From the NCBI GenBank assembly GCA_029547265.1, contig JAKPPP010000112.1:32965-96964 (forward strand): DNA of 64,000 nt, given 5' to 3'. The stretch comes from Bacteroidota bacterium (GTDB lineage Bacteria > Bacteroidota > Bacteroidia > AKYH767-A > OLB10). The position numbers were made by a program, and so were the translations under genes. Shown here piece by piece: positions 18,372 to 31,000 of the stretch; the first letter of the stretch is position 1; the number at the start of each line of letters is the position of its first letter. The notes beneath the pieces were generated by a model. It searched no databases. It saw only the letters and a list, made by a program, of their open reading frames with translations, and was not told where the DNA came from.

Positions 18372-19661
18372 ATGGAACATACAGGGATTATCGTCGGGTT
18401 GGATATCGGTACAACTAAAATTGCTGCGATTGTTGGTCGTCGTAATGAATTCGGGAAAGTAGAAATTCTCGGTAAAGGACGTTCCGAGTCGTTGGGAGTG
18501 ATGCGCGGCATGGTGGCTAACATCGAGAAAACGGTAGCTTCCATTAAAGAAGCCGTTGCTGAAGCGGAAGCGATTTCAGGTGTTGAAATCAGCGACGTTC
18601 ACGTGGGTATTGCGGGCCAGCATATCAAAAGTATGCAGCACCGTGGTATGATTACTCGTAACAGCACCGTCGACGAAATCGGCCAATCGGATATCGATAG
18701 TATTACCGAAGATATGTATCGCTTAGCGATGCCTCCGGGAGAAGAAATCATCCATGTGATTCCGCAAGAGTTTATCGTAGATAACGAACAGGGGATTAAA
18801 GATCCTATCGGCATGTCCGGTATTCGACTAGAAGCAAATTGTCATATCATTACCGGTTTGATTACTGCCGCTAACAATATTCAAAAATGCGTTTCTAAAG
18901 CAGGATTGAAAACGGTTGACTTAATCCTTGAACCTTTGGCGTCTGCTGAAGCTGTTCTTACGGAAGAAGAAAAAGAAGCCGGTGTTGTATTAGTAGATAT
19001 CGGTGGTGGTACTACTGATGTTGCGATTTTTCAAGATGGAATTATTCGCCATACTGCCGTAATTCCTTTTGGCGGTAATGTGATTACTGATGATATTAAA
19101 GAAGGTTGTTCTATCATCCGTAACCAAGCTGAACTTCTGAAAGTGAAATTTGGTTCGGCATTGGCAAAACAAATGAAGGAAAATGAAATCGTTTCAATTC
19201 CGGGATTACGCGGACGTGAGCCGAAAGAGATTTCTGTGAAAAATCTTGCTGCTATCATCCAAGCAAGAATGGAAGAGATCATCGAGAATGTGTATTATGA
19301 AATTAAAAGTTCAGGTTTCGAGAAGAAGTTAATCGCCGGAATCGTAATCACAGGAGGAGGATCTCAACTTAAACATGTTACTCAACTAGTAGAATATATA
19401 ACGGGTATGGATACCCGAATCGGTTATCCGAATGAACATTTGGGTAAGGGAATGGACGAAGTGAAAAGTCCGATGTATGCAACCGGAGTCGGTTTGGTAA
19501 TAAAAGGTCTTCAAGATGTTGAACGCGAAATGAGAAGAGCGAAGAACACACTAAAACCATCTGAAAAGACTGAAACATCAGAGCCAACGCGAAAGAAAGG
19601 AAGATGGTTCGATATCTTCAAGAATACCATCAGTGATGAAGATGATGATCCGACAATGTAA
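18372..19661 (+). CDS. ftsA: Cell division protein FtsA
   Basis: Actin-fold motifs GLDIGTTKIAAIVG and VLVDIGGGTTDVAIF. Basic/amphipathic C-terminus (RKKGRWFDIFKNTI). Confidence 0.95.
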   Translation: MEHTGIIVGLDIGTTKIAAIVGRRNEFGKVEILGKGRSESLGVMRGMVANIEKTVASIKEAVAEAEAISGVEISDVHVGIAGQHIKSMQHRGMITRNSTVDEIGQSDIDSITEDMYRLAMPPGEEIIHVIPQEFIVDNEQGIKDPIGMSGIRLEANCHIITGLITAANNIQKCVSKAGLKTVDLILEPLASAEAVLTEEEKEAGVVLVDIGGGTTDVAIFQDGIIRHTAVIPFGGNVITDDIKEGCSIIRNQAELLKVKFGSALAKQMKENEIVSIPGLRGREPKEISVKNLAAIIQARMEEIIENVYYEIKSSGFEKKLIAGIVITGGGSQLKHVTQLVEYITGMDTRIGYPNEHLGKGMDEVKSPMYATGVGLVIKGLQDVEREMRRAKNTLKPSEKTETSEPTRKKGRWFDIFKNTISDEDDDPTM

Positions 19662-19720
19662 AATTAATTTTAGTGCCATTTTATCAATTATAACCAGAAA
19701 ATAAAAAAACCAACATAATC

Positions 19721-21415
19721 ATGATTCAGCCAGAAAACCTAAATCAGCATCCTTCTCTATTTCAACTAGATCTTTCGAAGGACGTAACACCTACCATCAA
19801 AGTGATTGGTGTTGGTGGAGGCGGCAGCAACGCTGTTAACCACATGTACCGTATGGGTATCAAGGGAGTTGATTTCCTTGTTTGTAACACCGATGCACAA
19901 GCATTACAGGTGAGCCCGGTACCTACTAAAATTCAACTTGGACCGGGGCTTACTCAAGGTCGCGGAGCAGGTGCTATTCCTGAAGTAGGAAAAAATGCAG
20001 CTATCGAAAACGTAGATGAATTAAGAAATTTATTGAGTGATAATACAAGCATGGTGTTTGTTACCGCAGGTATGGGCGGCGGAACAGGAACAGGAGCTGC
20101 TCCAATCATCGCAGGTATCGCTCGCGAATTAGGAATTCTTACAGTTGGTATTGTTACTGTTCCTTTCGCTTTTGAAGGACGTAAACGTAAACAACAAGCT
20201 GAACTTGGTATCGAACAATTGAAAGGTAATGTTGATGCTTTGTTAATCATCTGTAATGATAAGTTACGTGAAATTTATGGCAACCTTAACTTAAGCAAGG
20301 CTTTCGGACATGCAGATGATGTACTATCAGTTGCTGCTAAAAGTATCGCTGAGGTTATCACGAATACAATGCATATCAATGTCGATTTTGCGGATATCCA
20401 AACCGTTATGAAAGACAGTGGTGTTGCAATTATGGGTTCTGCTTCTGCCGAAGGCGATAACCGCGCTGTACGTGCTGCAGAACTTGCTCTTGATTCTCCA
20501 TTGTTAAATGACAATCATATTGAAGGCGCTCGCTACATCCTCTTAAATATTACAAGTGGTAATACTGAAGTTACAATGGATGAAGTAGGTGAGATCAATG
20601 ATTTCATTCAAGCACAAGCAGGACAATCAGCTGAAATTATCATGGGTATTGGTAACGATGCTACTTTGGGTGATAAAGTAGGAGTTACAATTATTGCTAC
20701 AGGATTTAAAACAAATCAGCAAGTTGCTTCTGAGCAACGTAAGCCTGAGAAAGTGGTTTTTAAACTCGAGGATGATAAAAATGCTGCTGTTGCCACTTCT
20801 TTAACAGAAGTTACGACTCCTCGCGTTGAAGAGAAAATAGCTATTGAGCCGGAAGTAGTTGATGCTATGGAACCGGTTTTAATCGTTCGCGATGAAGTAA
20901 CACCTTCAGTTGATGAAGTTGTTTCTTTCTCTCCTGAGTCTTCTGAGAAAGTGATTTTTAATCTTGATTCAGATTTCCCTACTATCGAGATTAATAACGA
21001 TTCAACTGAAGAGATGAATTTTGAAGTTGAGAATGAGCCTGTTGTTGCTTCGAATGATAACGATGTATTCAATTTCAGAATGGAAGCTGAAGCTATCGCT
21101 TTGAAAGACGAAGAGGAAAGCAGAATTATTGAAAACGAAACGAAGGAGGAAGTTTTAACTCCTGAGCAAGAAATGTTCCGTCGTTCACGTGAGCGTATCA
21201 TGCGTTTGAAAGAACTAAGCTATAAAATGAATTCGCCTAATGGTATTTCAGATCTTGAGAAAGAACCTGCTTACAAACGTCGTAATGTTCGTTTAGAGAA
21301 TGTTCCGAATTCAGCCGATTCTAGTGTTTCTCGTCTTACATTATCTGTTGATGATGCTGACCGTAAACCTGAGATACGTGCAAATAATTCTTTCTTACAC
21401 GATCGCGTTGATTAA
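19721..21415 (+). CDS. ftsZ: Cell division GTPase FtsZ
   Basis: GVGGGGSNAVN and GMGGGTGTGAAP tubulin signatures. The long acidic linker (~aa 340-500) and C-terminal NNSFLHDRVD are typical of Bacteroidota FtsZ. Confidence 0.97.
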   Translation: MIQPENLNQHPSLFQLDLSKDVTPTIKVIGVGGGGSNAVNHMYRMGIKGVDFLVCNTDAQALQVSPVPTKIQLGPGLTQGRGAGAIPEVGKNAAIENVDELRNLLSDNTSMVFVTAGMGGGTGTGAAPIIAGIARELGILTVGIVTVPFAFEGRKRKQQAELGIEQLKGNVDALLIICNDKLREIYGNLNLSKAFGHADDVLSVAAKSIAEVITNTMHINVDFADIQTVMKDSGVAIMGSASAEGDNRAVRAAELALDSPLLNDNHIEGARYILLNITSGNTEVTMDEVGEINDFIQAQAGQSAEIIMGIGNDATLGDKVGVTIIATGFKTNQQVASEQRKPEKVVFKLEDDKNAAVATSLTEVTTPRVEEKIAIEPEVVDAMEPVLIVRDEVTPSVDEVVSFSPESSEKVIFNLDSDFPTIEINNDSTEEMNFEVENEPVVASNDNDVFNFRMEAEAIALKDEEESRIIENETKEEVLTPEQEMFRRSRERIMRLKELSYKMNSPNGISDLEKEPAYKRRNVRLENVPNSADSSVSRLTLSVDDADRKPEIRANNSFLHDRVD

Positions 21416-21433
21416 TCTTTAATAAAGTATACC

Positions 21434-21883
21434 ATGTCTCTCGAGCAAAAAATAATGCCTGAATTAAAGGCCGCAATGTTGGCTAAGGATGAAGCTAAAC
21501 TTCGTGCCTTACGCGCTATCAAATCTGCTATCCTTCTTGCTAAAACAAGTGAAGCCGGTAAGGAAATGACAGAGGAAGATGAAACGAAGATGCTTCAGAA
21601 GTTGGTGAAACAACGTAAAGAGTCGATCGATATCTATATGCAGCAAAATCGTGCTGACCTCGCTAAAACCGAACAAGAAGAGGTTGCTGTTATTGAATTG
21701 TTCCTTCCGAAAATGATGAGCGAAGATGAAATTCGTGAAGCATTAAAAGGTATCATTGAAAGCGTAGGAGCTAAGTCTCCCGCTGAAATGGGAAAGGTAA
21801 TGGGAGCTGCAACGAAACATTTTGCAGGTACCGCCGATAATAAAATAGTGTCAATGCTCGTTAAGCAGATGTTAGGCGCCTGA
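21434..21883 (+). CDS. GatB/YqeY domain protein
   Basis: 149 aa: MSLEQKI...LKAAMLAKDEAKLRALRAIKSAILLA...MGKVMGAA, the characteristic YqeY pattern. Confidence 0.85.
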   Translation: MSLEQKIMPELKAAMLAKDEAKLRALRAIKSAILLAKTSEAGKEMTEEDETKMLQKLVKQRKESIDIYMQQNRADLAKTEQEEVAVIELFLPKMMSEDEIREALKGIIESVGAKSPAEMGKVMGAATKHFAGTADNKIVSMLVKQMLGA

Positions 21884-21907
21884 TTGTATTACTCCTTATA
21901 TATCAAG

Positions 21908-21941
21908 AAACCCTGTTCCCGTAAGAACAGGGTTTTTTTTT
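21908..21941 (+). terminator. Rho-independent terminator closing the dcw-yqeY transcription unit
   Basis: Perfect 11-bp stem aaaccctgttc / gaacagggttt (21908-21918 / 21925-21935), 6-nt loop, then a T-run to 21941. Confidence 0.85.
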
Positions 21942-22084
21942 GCCTATTCTACCGGTAATTGCTGGTTTGAGGGCTTTTTTTCTTCCTTTTTATTGAGGCC
22001 GACATACGTTTTCGTAACAATCGATGTAAGATTTACGTAAGAAAAGGACCAAAAAGTGTCACACGACACCAAAAACCTTTCGTA

Positions 22085-25000
22085 ATGTTGCGCAATTTTA
22101 AAGTGAATTTATTCACTGTACTCTCGCTGATACTCTTTATGAGTGTCAATTCTGCCGCTAATGCTCAGGCTCCTACAGCCGAGTTCGAGGCGAACGATAC
22201 AATTGTTTGTCATGGGAATACCGTATCGTTTACAGATATGTCCACCCCTGGCGGTTCAGCTATCGCCTCTTGGGCATGGGACTTTGGTGATGGAGGAACT
22301 TCCTCCTCTCAAAATCCTAGCTATCTGTTCGCAAATGGTGGTAATTATATTGTTACTCTCATCGTCACCGACGGTGGAGGATCTAAGGATACAGTAACCC
22401 ATACAATTTATGTTCTGAAAGCACAAGCTATTCAGAATGTGGTGCGTATTTGTTCTCCTCAAAATACTACCACAATCGCAGCTATAGACCCTAATGTACC
22501 TGGCGTTGCCGGTGTTTGGTTTACAGCTTCAAGTGCAGTTATTGCGAGCCCCGGAAATGATACTACTTCAGTGTCGAACTTGAATACCGGTTCGTACATT
22601 TTTTATTGGGTGGTTTCTGATGGCGGATGTAGCGATGCCGATCAAGTTACCGTTTTTGTTGATCAACCTGTTACAGTTAACGCAGGTCCCGATCAACAAA
22701 TTTGTTCTACTCCGGGCACCGCAACAATGGCCGGAAGTAGTCCTTCACCGGGAACAGGTTTATGGTCAACAACAAGTACAGCAACAATTACTACTCCTTC
22801 AAATCGTAATACAACTATTACCGGCTTATCTTCTGCCGGTACTTATGTGTTTGTATGGACCGTTACTAATGGTTCTTGCGTAACTCGTGATACAATGCAA
22901 ATTGTAGTGTCGAGTCCGGTAGCTTCTGCTGCAGGTTCCGATCAAACTGCTTGTTCTTCTCCCGGCACAATTACTTTAGCAGGTAATAGCCCTTCACCGG
23001 GAACAGGATTGTGGACGACTTCTTCTTCTGCTTCAATCACCACACCTACCAGTGCAACATCGGCCGTTTCAGGTTTGTCTACTGCCGGTACTTATAGTTT
23101 TATTTGGACTGTTACAAATGGCGCTTGCGTTAGTCGCGATACTATGCAAGTTGTTGTCTCTACTCCTGTAACTTCTAATGCAGGTAATAATATTCAAGTT
23201 TGTACTTCAACAGGAACAGGAACTTTAAATGGTAATAATCCTTCTCCCGGTACAGGTTTATGGACCGCTCTTAATGGAGGAACAATTACATCACCTACTT
23301 CAAGTACTACAACTATCACCGGATTAAGTACAGCCGGGTTCTATAACTTTGTTTGGACAATAACTAACGGTGCTTGCGTAACTCGCGATACCGTTGCGAT
23401 TATTGTTCGTGCTCCTATAACAGCTAATGCAGGCGCCGATCAGTCATTCTGTAATTTAACTACAGCAACTTTAACAGGTAATAGCCCGTCTCCGGGTGCC
23501 GCAGCTTGGACTACAACAGGATCTTCAACTATTGCTACACCTTCAACTGCAACTACTAATGTAAGTAACCTTGCAGTAGGAAATAATACTTTCATTTATT
23601 CTATTACTTATGGTGCATGCGTTACACGCGATACGGTAGTCGTTCGTCGCGATTCACTTGTTGCTGCAAATGCAGGCCCTGATCAGTTAATTTGTGAGTC
23701 TCAAACTACGGTAACACTCGCAGGAAATACACCGACTCCGGGTACCGGAGTGTGGACAAAATTAAACGGTGGAACAATTACAACTCCATCGAGTCCAACT
23801 ACTACTGTTACAGGTTTAACAGCAGGTACACATAGCTTTATTTGGACTGTTACTAATGGAACATGTACTAGTAAAGATACAGTTCAAATTGTTGTTAGTG
23901 TTCAAGTAGCATCCAATGCCGGTCTCGATGATCAAGTTTGTCAAGGAGGCACAGGATCGTTATCAGCGAATGATCCTTCCCCTGCAATTGGACTATGGAC
24001 AACTACTTCTTCTGCTTCTATCAACACTCCTTCTTCTGCAGATATTTTAGTAACGAATCTTACTAACGTTGGTGTATATACGTTTGTGTGGACTGTCACT
24101 AATGGTGGTTGCGTGCAAAGAGATACTGCAAGAATTAGTGTCGACTCTTTAGTTGTTTCTAATGCCGGCGCAGATCAAAGTCTTTGTGCTTTAACTTCTG
24201 CTTCTCTTACAGCAAATGCTGCAACTCCGGGAACAGGATTATGGACATCACTTGGTACTGCAACATTGTCGAATGCTTTAAATGCATCAACAACTGCTTT
24301 AAATTTAGCTTACGGAAATAATACTTTTGTTTGGGAAATCACAAACGGATTTTGTTTTTCTAGTGATACCGTTGTCATAAAAAGAGATAGTACCGTAAAT
24401 TCTTCTGCAGGTTCTGATCAATCTTTATGTATTGGTTCTCCAATTGTAATGGCTGCAAATAGCCCTTCACCGGGAACAGGTTTATGGACCGCGCTTTCAA
24501 GTGGGACAATAACTACACCAACTTCAGCGACAACTACAATAACCGGATTATCATCTGCTGGTACTTACAATTTTGTATGGACCATCACAAACGGAAGTTG
24601 TGTAAGCAGAGATACAGTTAGTATAACGGTAAGTAGTACCGTAGTTGCAAATGCAGGATCCGATCAAGGGATTTGTGCTGCAACAACAGCAACCCTTGCG
24701 GGAAATGCAGCAGCGCCGGGAACAGGAGCATGGACTTCTTTAGGAACAGCACTAGTTACAACTCCTTCAAGTGCAACTTCAGGTGTTACGGCATTAGCAA
24801 ATGGCGCAAATACTTTTGTATGGACAATTTCAAACGGAGCATGCGTTTCACGTGATACCGTTGTAATTACTGTAAGTACACTTGTAGCTTCCGCAGCAGG
24901 TGCTGATCAATCTTTATGTATTGGTTCTCCAATCATAATGGCTGCAAATAGCCCTTCACCGGGAACAGGTTTATGGACCGCGCTTTCAAGTGGGACAATA

Positions 25001-28000
25001 ACTACACCAACTTCATCTACATCAACAATAACTGGTTTATCTACTGCCGGTACTTACAATTTTGTATGGACAATCACGAACGGAAGTTGTGTGAGCAGAG
25101 ATACTGTTAGTATAACGGTAAGCAGTACCGTAGTTGCAAACGCAGGGTCCGATCAAGGAATTTGCGCTTCAACAACTGCAACGCTTGCAGGAAATGCAGC
25201 AGCGCCGGGAACAGGAGCATGGTCTTCTTTGGGAACAGCACTAGTTACAACTCCTTCAAGTGCAATTTCAGGTGTTACAGCATTAGCAAATGGTGCAAAT
25301 ACTTTCGTGTGGACAATCACTAATGGAGCTTGTGTTACTCGCGATACTGTTGTTATTACAGTTAGTGCATTGGTAGCTTCCGCAGCAGGTGCTGATCAGT
25401 CGTTGTGTATTGGCTCACCAATTACAATGGCTGCTAATAGCCCGTCACCGGGAACAGGATTGTGGACAGCACTTTCAAGTGGTACAATTACTACACCAAC
25501 ATCAGCAACAACAACAATCACAGGATTATCATCTGCCGGAACATATAACTTCGTTTGGACAATTACAAACGGAAGTTGCGTGAGCCGCGATACTGTTGCA
25601 ATAACAGTTAATGATGTAATTACTCCTGATGCAGGTTTCGATATTCAGTTATGTAATACGTTTACAACTGTTCTTAATTCAAATGATCCTACTCCTGGCG
25701 TAGGCGCTTGGTCATCACCTTCAGGTGCTACCATTGCTTCGCCAAATATTCCTTCTACAACAGTAAGTAATATGGTGCTGGGAGATAATATTTTTGTGTG
25801 GACAATCACTAATGGAAGTTGTGTAGCTTCAGATACTATTCATGTTTTTGTTGATTCAGTTATCGTTCCTGATGCAGGTATCGATCAAACAGTTTGTAGT
25901 GGTACTTCGTCTGTATTAATGGCGAATGATCCTACTCCCGGAACTGGACTTTGGACAACCACATCAACAGCTAATATCACAATTCCTAATTTAGAAAATA
26001 CTCCTGTGGATAATTTAGTTGATGCAGGAGCGCAAATGTTTATCTGGACAATCACTAATGGCGTTTGTACTAGTAGCGATACCGTTTATATTAATGTAGA
26101 TAGTTTAATAGTTGCCGACGCAGGTAGCGATCAACAATTATGTGAAACATTTACAACTACTCTTAAAAGTAATGATGTTACACCGGGTACAGGAACTTGG
26201 AGTACATTGGGCTCAGCAACTTTTGTTGATGTGAACGATCCAATGACTGCAGTTAGCAATCTCGATTATGGTGATAACTTATTTATATGGTCTGTAACGA
26301 ATGGCACTTGCTCATCTGAAGATACTTTAATTATTCGCGTTGACAGCATTATTAATCCTTTAGCGGGAGCAGATCAAACAATTTGTTCTTCTGTTGGTCA
26401 AGTGGTGTTGGCTGCGAATGATCCTACTCCTGGAATAGGAGTGTGGACTACTTCGTCGACAGCGGTATTCTCTGATTCAAGTCAAGCTGCAACTACTGCG
26501 GCAGGATTAATCTATGCAGGCACTTATGAACTTGTTTGGACTATTGAAAATGGAACTTGTATCGCTAGTGATACAGTTGTAATCACTGTCGATAGTAATG
26601 ATGTAGCCATAGCCGGTCCTGATCAACAGTTCTGTGAAACTACAACTTCAACAAATCTTGCTGGAACAGCTGCTACTATCGGAACAGGCGTATGGTCAAC
26701 AACAGGAACATCAACTATCGTAGATGTGAATGATCCGGCAACTGAAGTGAATTCTTTAGCATACGGCGATAATATTTATGTGTGGACCATCACGAACGGA
26801 ACATGTATAACTTCGGATACAGTAATTGTACATGTAGATTCTTTGGTGAATGCTACTGCAGGCGCTGATCAAACAATTTGTTCTTCCGTAGGACAAGTAG
26901 TTCTTGCTGCTAATGATCCAATTCCGGGAATCGGTGCTTGGTCAACTTCTTCATCGGCAGTATTTGCAGATGCAAGTCAAGCAGGAACAACTGCAACCGG
27001 ATTGTCAATTTCAGGTAACTATGATTTAATATGGACTATCACGAATGGTACATGTATCAGTTCTGATACTTTAACAATCACTGTCGATAGTAATGATGTA
27101 GCCATCGCCGGTCCTGATCAACAGTTCTGTGAAACTACTACTTCAACAAATCTTGCTGCAACAGCTGCTACTATCGGAACAGGCGTTTGGTCAACACCAG
27201 GAACATCAACTATCGTAGATGTGAATGATCCGGCAACTGAAGTAAATACTTTAGTATACGGCGACAATATTTATGTGTGGACTATCACGAATGGAACATG
27301 TATAACTTCTGATACAGTAATCGTGCATGTAGATTCTTTGGTAAATGCTACAGCAGGCGCTGATCAAACAATTTGCTCTTCTGTAGGACAAGTAGTTCTT
27401 GCTGCTAATGATCCAACTCCGGGAATCGGTGCTTGGTCAACTTCTTCATCGGCAGTATTTGCAGATGCAAGTCAAGCAGGAACAACAGCTTCAGGGTTGT
27501 CAATTGCAGGTAACTACGACTTAATATGGACAATCACGAACGGTACATGTATCAGTTCTGATACTTTAACAATCACTGTCGATAGTAATGATGTAGCCAT
27601 CGCCGGTCCTGATCAACAGTTCTGTGAAACTACAACTTCAACAAATCTTACTGCAACAGCTGCTACTATTGGAACAGGCGTATGGTCAACAACAGGAACA
27701 TCAACAATCGTTGATGTGAATGACCCTGCAACTGAAGTAAATACTTTAGCTTACGGCGATAATATTTATGTGTGGACAATCACAAATGGAACTTGTACAA
27801 CTTCTGATACTGTAATTGTTCATGTTGATTCTTTAGTAAATGCAACAGCAGGCGCTGATCAAACAATTTGTTCTTCTGTTGGTCAAGTAGTGCTTGCTGC
27901 TAATGATCCAACTCCGGGAATCGGTACTTGGTCAACTTCTTCTACTGCAGTATTTGCAGATTCAAGTCAAGCAGGAACAACAGCTTCAGGATTGTCAATT

Positions 28001-31000
28001 GCAGGTAACTACGATTTAATATGGACTATCACAAACGGTACATGTATCAGTTCTGATACATTGACAATTACTGTTGATAGTAATGATGTAGCTGTGGCCG
28101 GTCCCGATCAACAACTTTGCGAAACAATATCGTCAACGAATTTATCAGCAACTCCTGCAACAATTGGAACTGGTGTTTGGTCAACAACAAGTGCTGCAAT
28201 AATTACTGATGTTAATGATCCCGCAACTTCTGTTTCAGGCTTGGTAATCGGCGATAATATTTTTGTATGGACTATCACTTCCGGAACTTGTGTTACTATT
28301 GATACAATTGATGTTGTAATCTCACAACAAACAGATCCCGCAAATGCAGGAAGTGATCAAAATGTTTGTTCGTCGTTAGCCTCTGCAACTATATCGGGAA
28401 ATACTCCATTAGTAGGAACAGGAAGTTGGACATCGTTGGGGACAGCAGTAGTTGATACTGCATCTTCGGTAACGACTACCGTTAGTAATCTTTCTTTAGG
28501 ATCTAATCTCTTCGTTTATACAATTACAAATGGAGCATGTAGCTCTTCTGATACTGTTGATGTAGTAATGTTTGCTAATCCGACTGCTGATGCAGGTGTT
28601 GATCAATTTACAACTTCCGGAACTCCGGTAACAATAGGTGGAAGCCCGGTTGCATCCGGTGGTACTGCCCCATATGTTTATACATGGAATCCGGGTACTG
28701 TGCTTGACGATAGTTTAATTGCTAATCCTCTTGCAACAGTTATTGCTACAACTACATTTATCATAACTATAACCGATTCTATCGGATGTAATGCTCAAGA
28801 TACTGTTGTAGTTTGGATTAATAATCCTCCGGTACTTCAAAATGATACTCTAACAATTGACGAAGATTCAACAGTGGTAATTTATCCGTTGTTAAATGAT
28901 TCTGATCCTGATAATAACCTAAATCTAGGAACACTAGCTATTCTTAATGGACCATTTTATGGTACTGCTACGGTAGATACTATGACAGGTACTATTACTT
29001 ATGTGCCTAATGCAAATTACTATGGTCAAGATTCTATCATGTATACTTTATGTGATAGCGGGATGCCTGTGTATTGTGATACGGCTTGGATTTACTTAAA
29101 TCTTAATCCGATTAACGATGCTCCTTTAGCTATTGATGATGTTGATTCAACAGTGGAGGATTCATGTATACAAATTGCAGTACTTGCAAATGATACTGAT
29201 GTTGAAAATGCAATCATAGTAGGTTCGTTGGTTACATTCAATGGTCCATCTAATGGTACTCTTTCACTCGATACTTTAACAGGAATTATTACTTATTGTC
29301 CAGATTCGAACTTTGCAGGTGTTGATACTTTCTACTACGCAATTTGTGATAGCGGTTACCCGGCACCGGGATTATGCGATACTGCAATGGTAATTATTAC
29401 CGTAAATTCTAAAAATGATCCTCCGATTGCACTCAATGATTCTGTCGCAGTGTGCGCGAATGATAGCATTCTAATTGCAGTCTTAACAAATGATGTTGAT
29501 CAAGAAGGAGATCCTTTATCGGTGTCAGTAACATTAGGGCCTAATTATGGAACTTCTTCAGTAGATCTGGCGGGTAATATTATGTATGTTCCTGATCCAA
29601 CTTATTCCGGACTCGATTCGCTTCAATATACTGTTTGCGATAATCAATCGCCGGCAGGATGTGATACCGCTTGGGTGTTTGTTGATGTGAGAGGAGTTCC
29701 GGTGCTGGCGTCTGTTGTTTCTAACAATAAATGTTATGAAGATTCTTTAGGAACTATTGATTTAACAATAACCGGAAATGGCGGATTCACAGTTTCATGG
29801 GATAACGGTTCTGTGGAAGAGGATTTAGATAGCCTCGCTTCAGGAATTTATACTGTTACTGTTGTTGATACTTTAGGATGTAGCGTTTCAAGATCAGATA
29901 CAATTTTCGGACCTGCGTTACCGTTAGACGGAATTATGAACTTACAACCAGTATTATGTCATGCTGATACTTCAGGTGCAATCGACTTACAACCATCAGG
30001 CGGTACCGCTCCATACTATTTCTCGTGGAGTAATGGTAGCACCGATGAAGACATTGATTCACTTGCTGCAGGCGAATATACTGTAATACTTTCAGATACG
30101 AATGGATGTCAAATTTCTATCACTGATACAATCTTGCAACCTGATAGTGCTCTTACTGCTTCCATTACAGTTACAGACATCACTTGTGCCGGAGATAGTA
30201 CAGGTAGCATTTTAGTCATTCCGGCAGGTGGAACAGCATCATATACTTACTTATGGAATAATGGAGTTGTTGCTGATTCGTTAACTGCAATTCCTGCAGG
30301 ATTATATTCTGTAACCGTGAAAGATAGTAACGGTTGTCTTATTACTCTTGCAGATTCTGTGATGGAATTAAATGCTCCGATTGTACTCGATTCTATAGTG
30401 GTTCAACCTTATTGCTTAGATAATATATGGGGTAGCGTTGAAATAATTCCTTCAGGTGGATTGTCTCCTTTCCAATATGCTTGGTCAAACGGCGATACTC
30501 TTTCTGTAATTGATACGCTTACTGCCGGTGCTTACAATGTTCAAGTTACGGATGCTAATGGATGTAGTAAATCATTTGCAACTGTACTAAGTGATACATC
30601 AAATATTTCTATTCAAGTAACAGGTGCAACTACTTTCTGTAGCGGCGATAGTGTTACCTTATTAGCTACGAACTCGGCGTATGTTACATATCAATGGACA
30701 TACTCCGGCGCTCCTCTAGCTGATACGCTAAATGCTATTACAGTCTATTCAAGTGGTGATTATGCAGTGACAGCTACAGCAGTCTGTGGTCTATTTACTG
30801 CGGGACCAGTAACAGTTGTCGAGAATGCACTGCCTATAGCAGCCGTTGATCCTGATATGACTATTCATTGTGATTCCTCAGTTGTGCTTACTGCAACCGG
30901 TGGAAATACATACTTGTGGTCTCCGTCGAATCTGGTGAGCGATTCAGTTGCTTCTGTGGTAACAATAAATCTTCAATCTACTACCACGTTCATCGTAACT

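Larger units (their letters stand above)
22418..28582 (+). repeat. In-frame array of 25 tandem ~82-aa (about 246-bp) modules inside the giant adhesin gene
   Basis: Consensus read from the translation: AG.DQ..C......L.(G/A)N.P.PG.G.W........I..P....T.V..L..G.Y.F.WT..NG.C...DT..I.V. 6165 nt / 25 gives ~82 aa per module. Confidence 0.85.

Noticed and set aside
20716-21201. 161-aa Ser-rich ORF antisense to the ftsZ linker region
   Set aside because: It is a mirror image of the acidic low-complexity FtsZ linker (GAA/GAT-rich sense gives TTC/ATC-rich antisense), so it is a shadow ORF.
22143-25583. Several 60-87-aa ORFs in alternative frames or antisense inside the giant adhesin gene (22143, 22256, 22620, 24673, 25389)
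   Set aside because: All are nested in a 9.3-kb continuous frame with coherent domain structure, so they are repeat-generated shadow ORFs.
24398-28324. Regularly spaced DNA repeats considered as a possible CRISPR array, IS copies or a satellite
   Set aside because: The periods are 489 and 495 bp (multiples of 3), the units abut without spacers, and all lie in one open reading frame encoding homologous protein modules. They are intragenic coding duplications, not CRISPR or mobile DNA.
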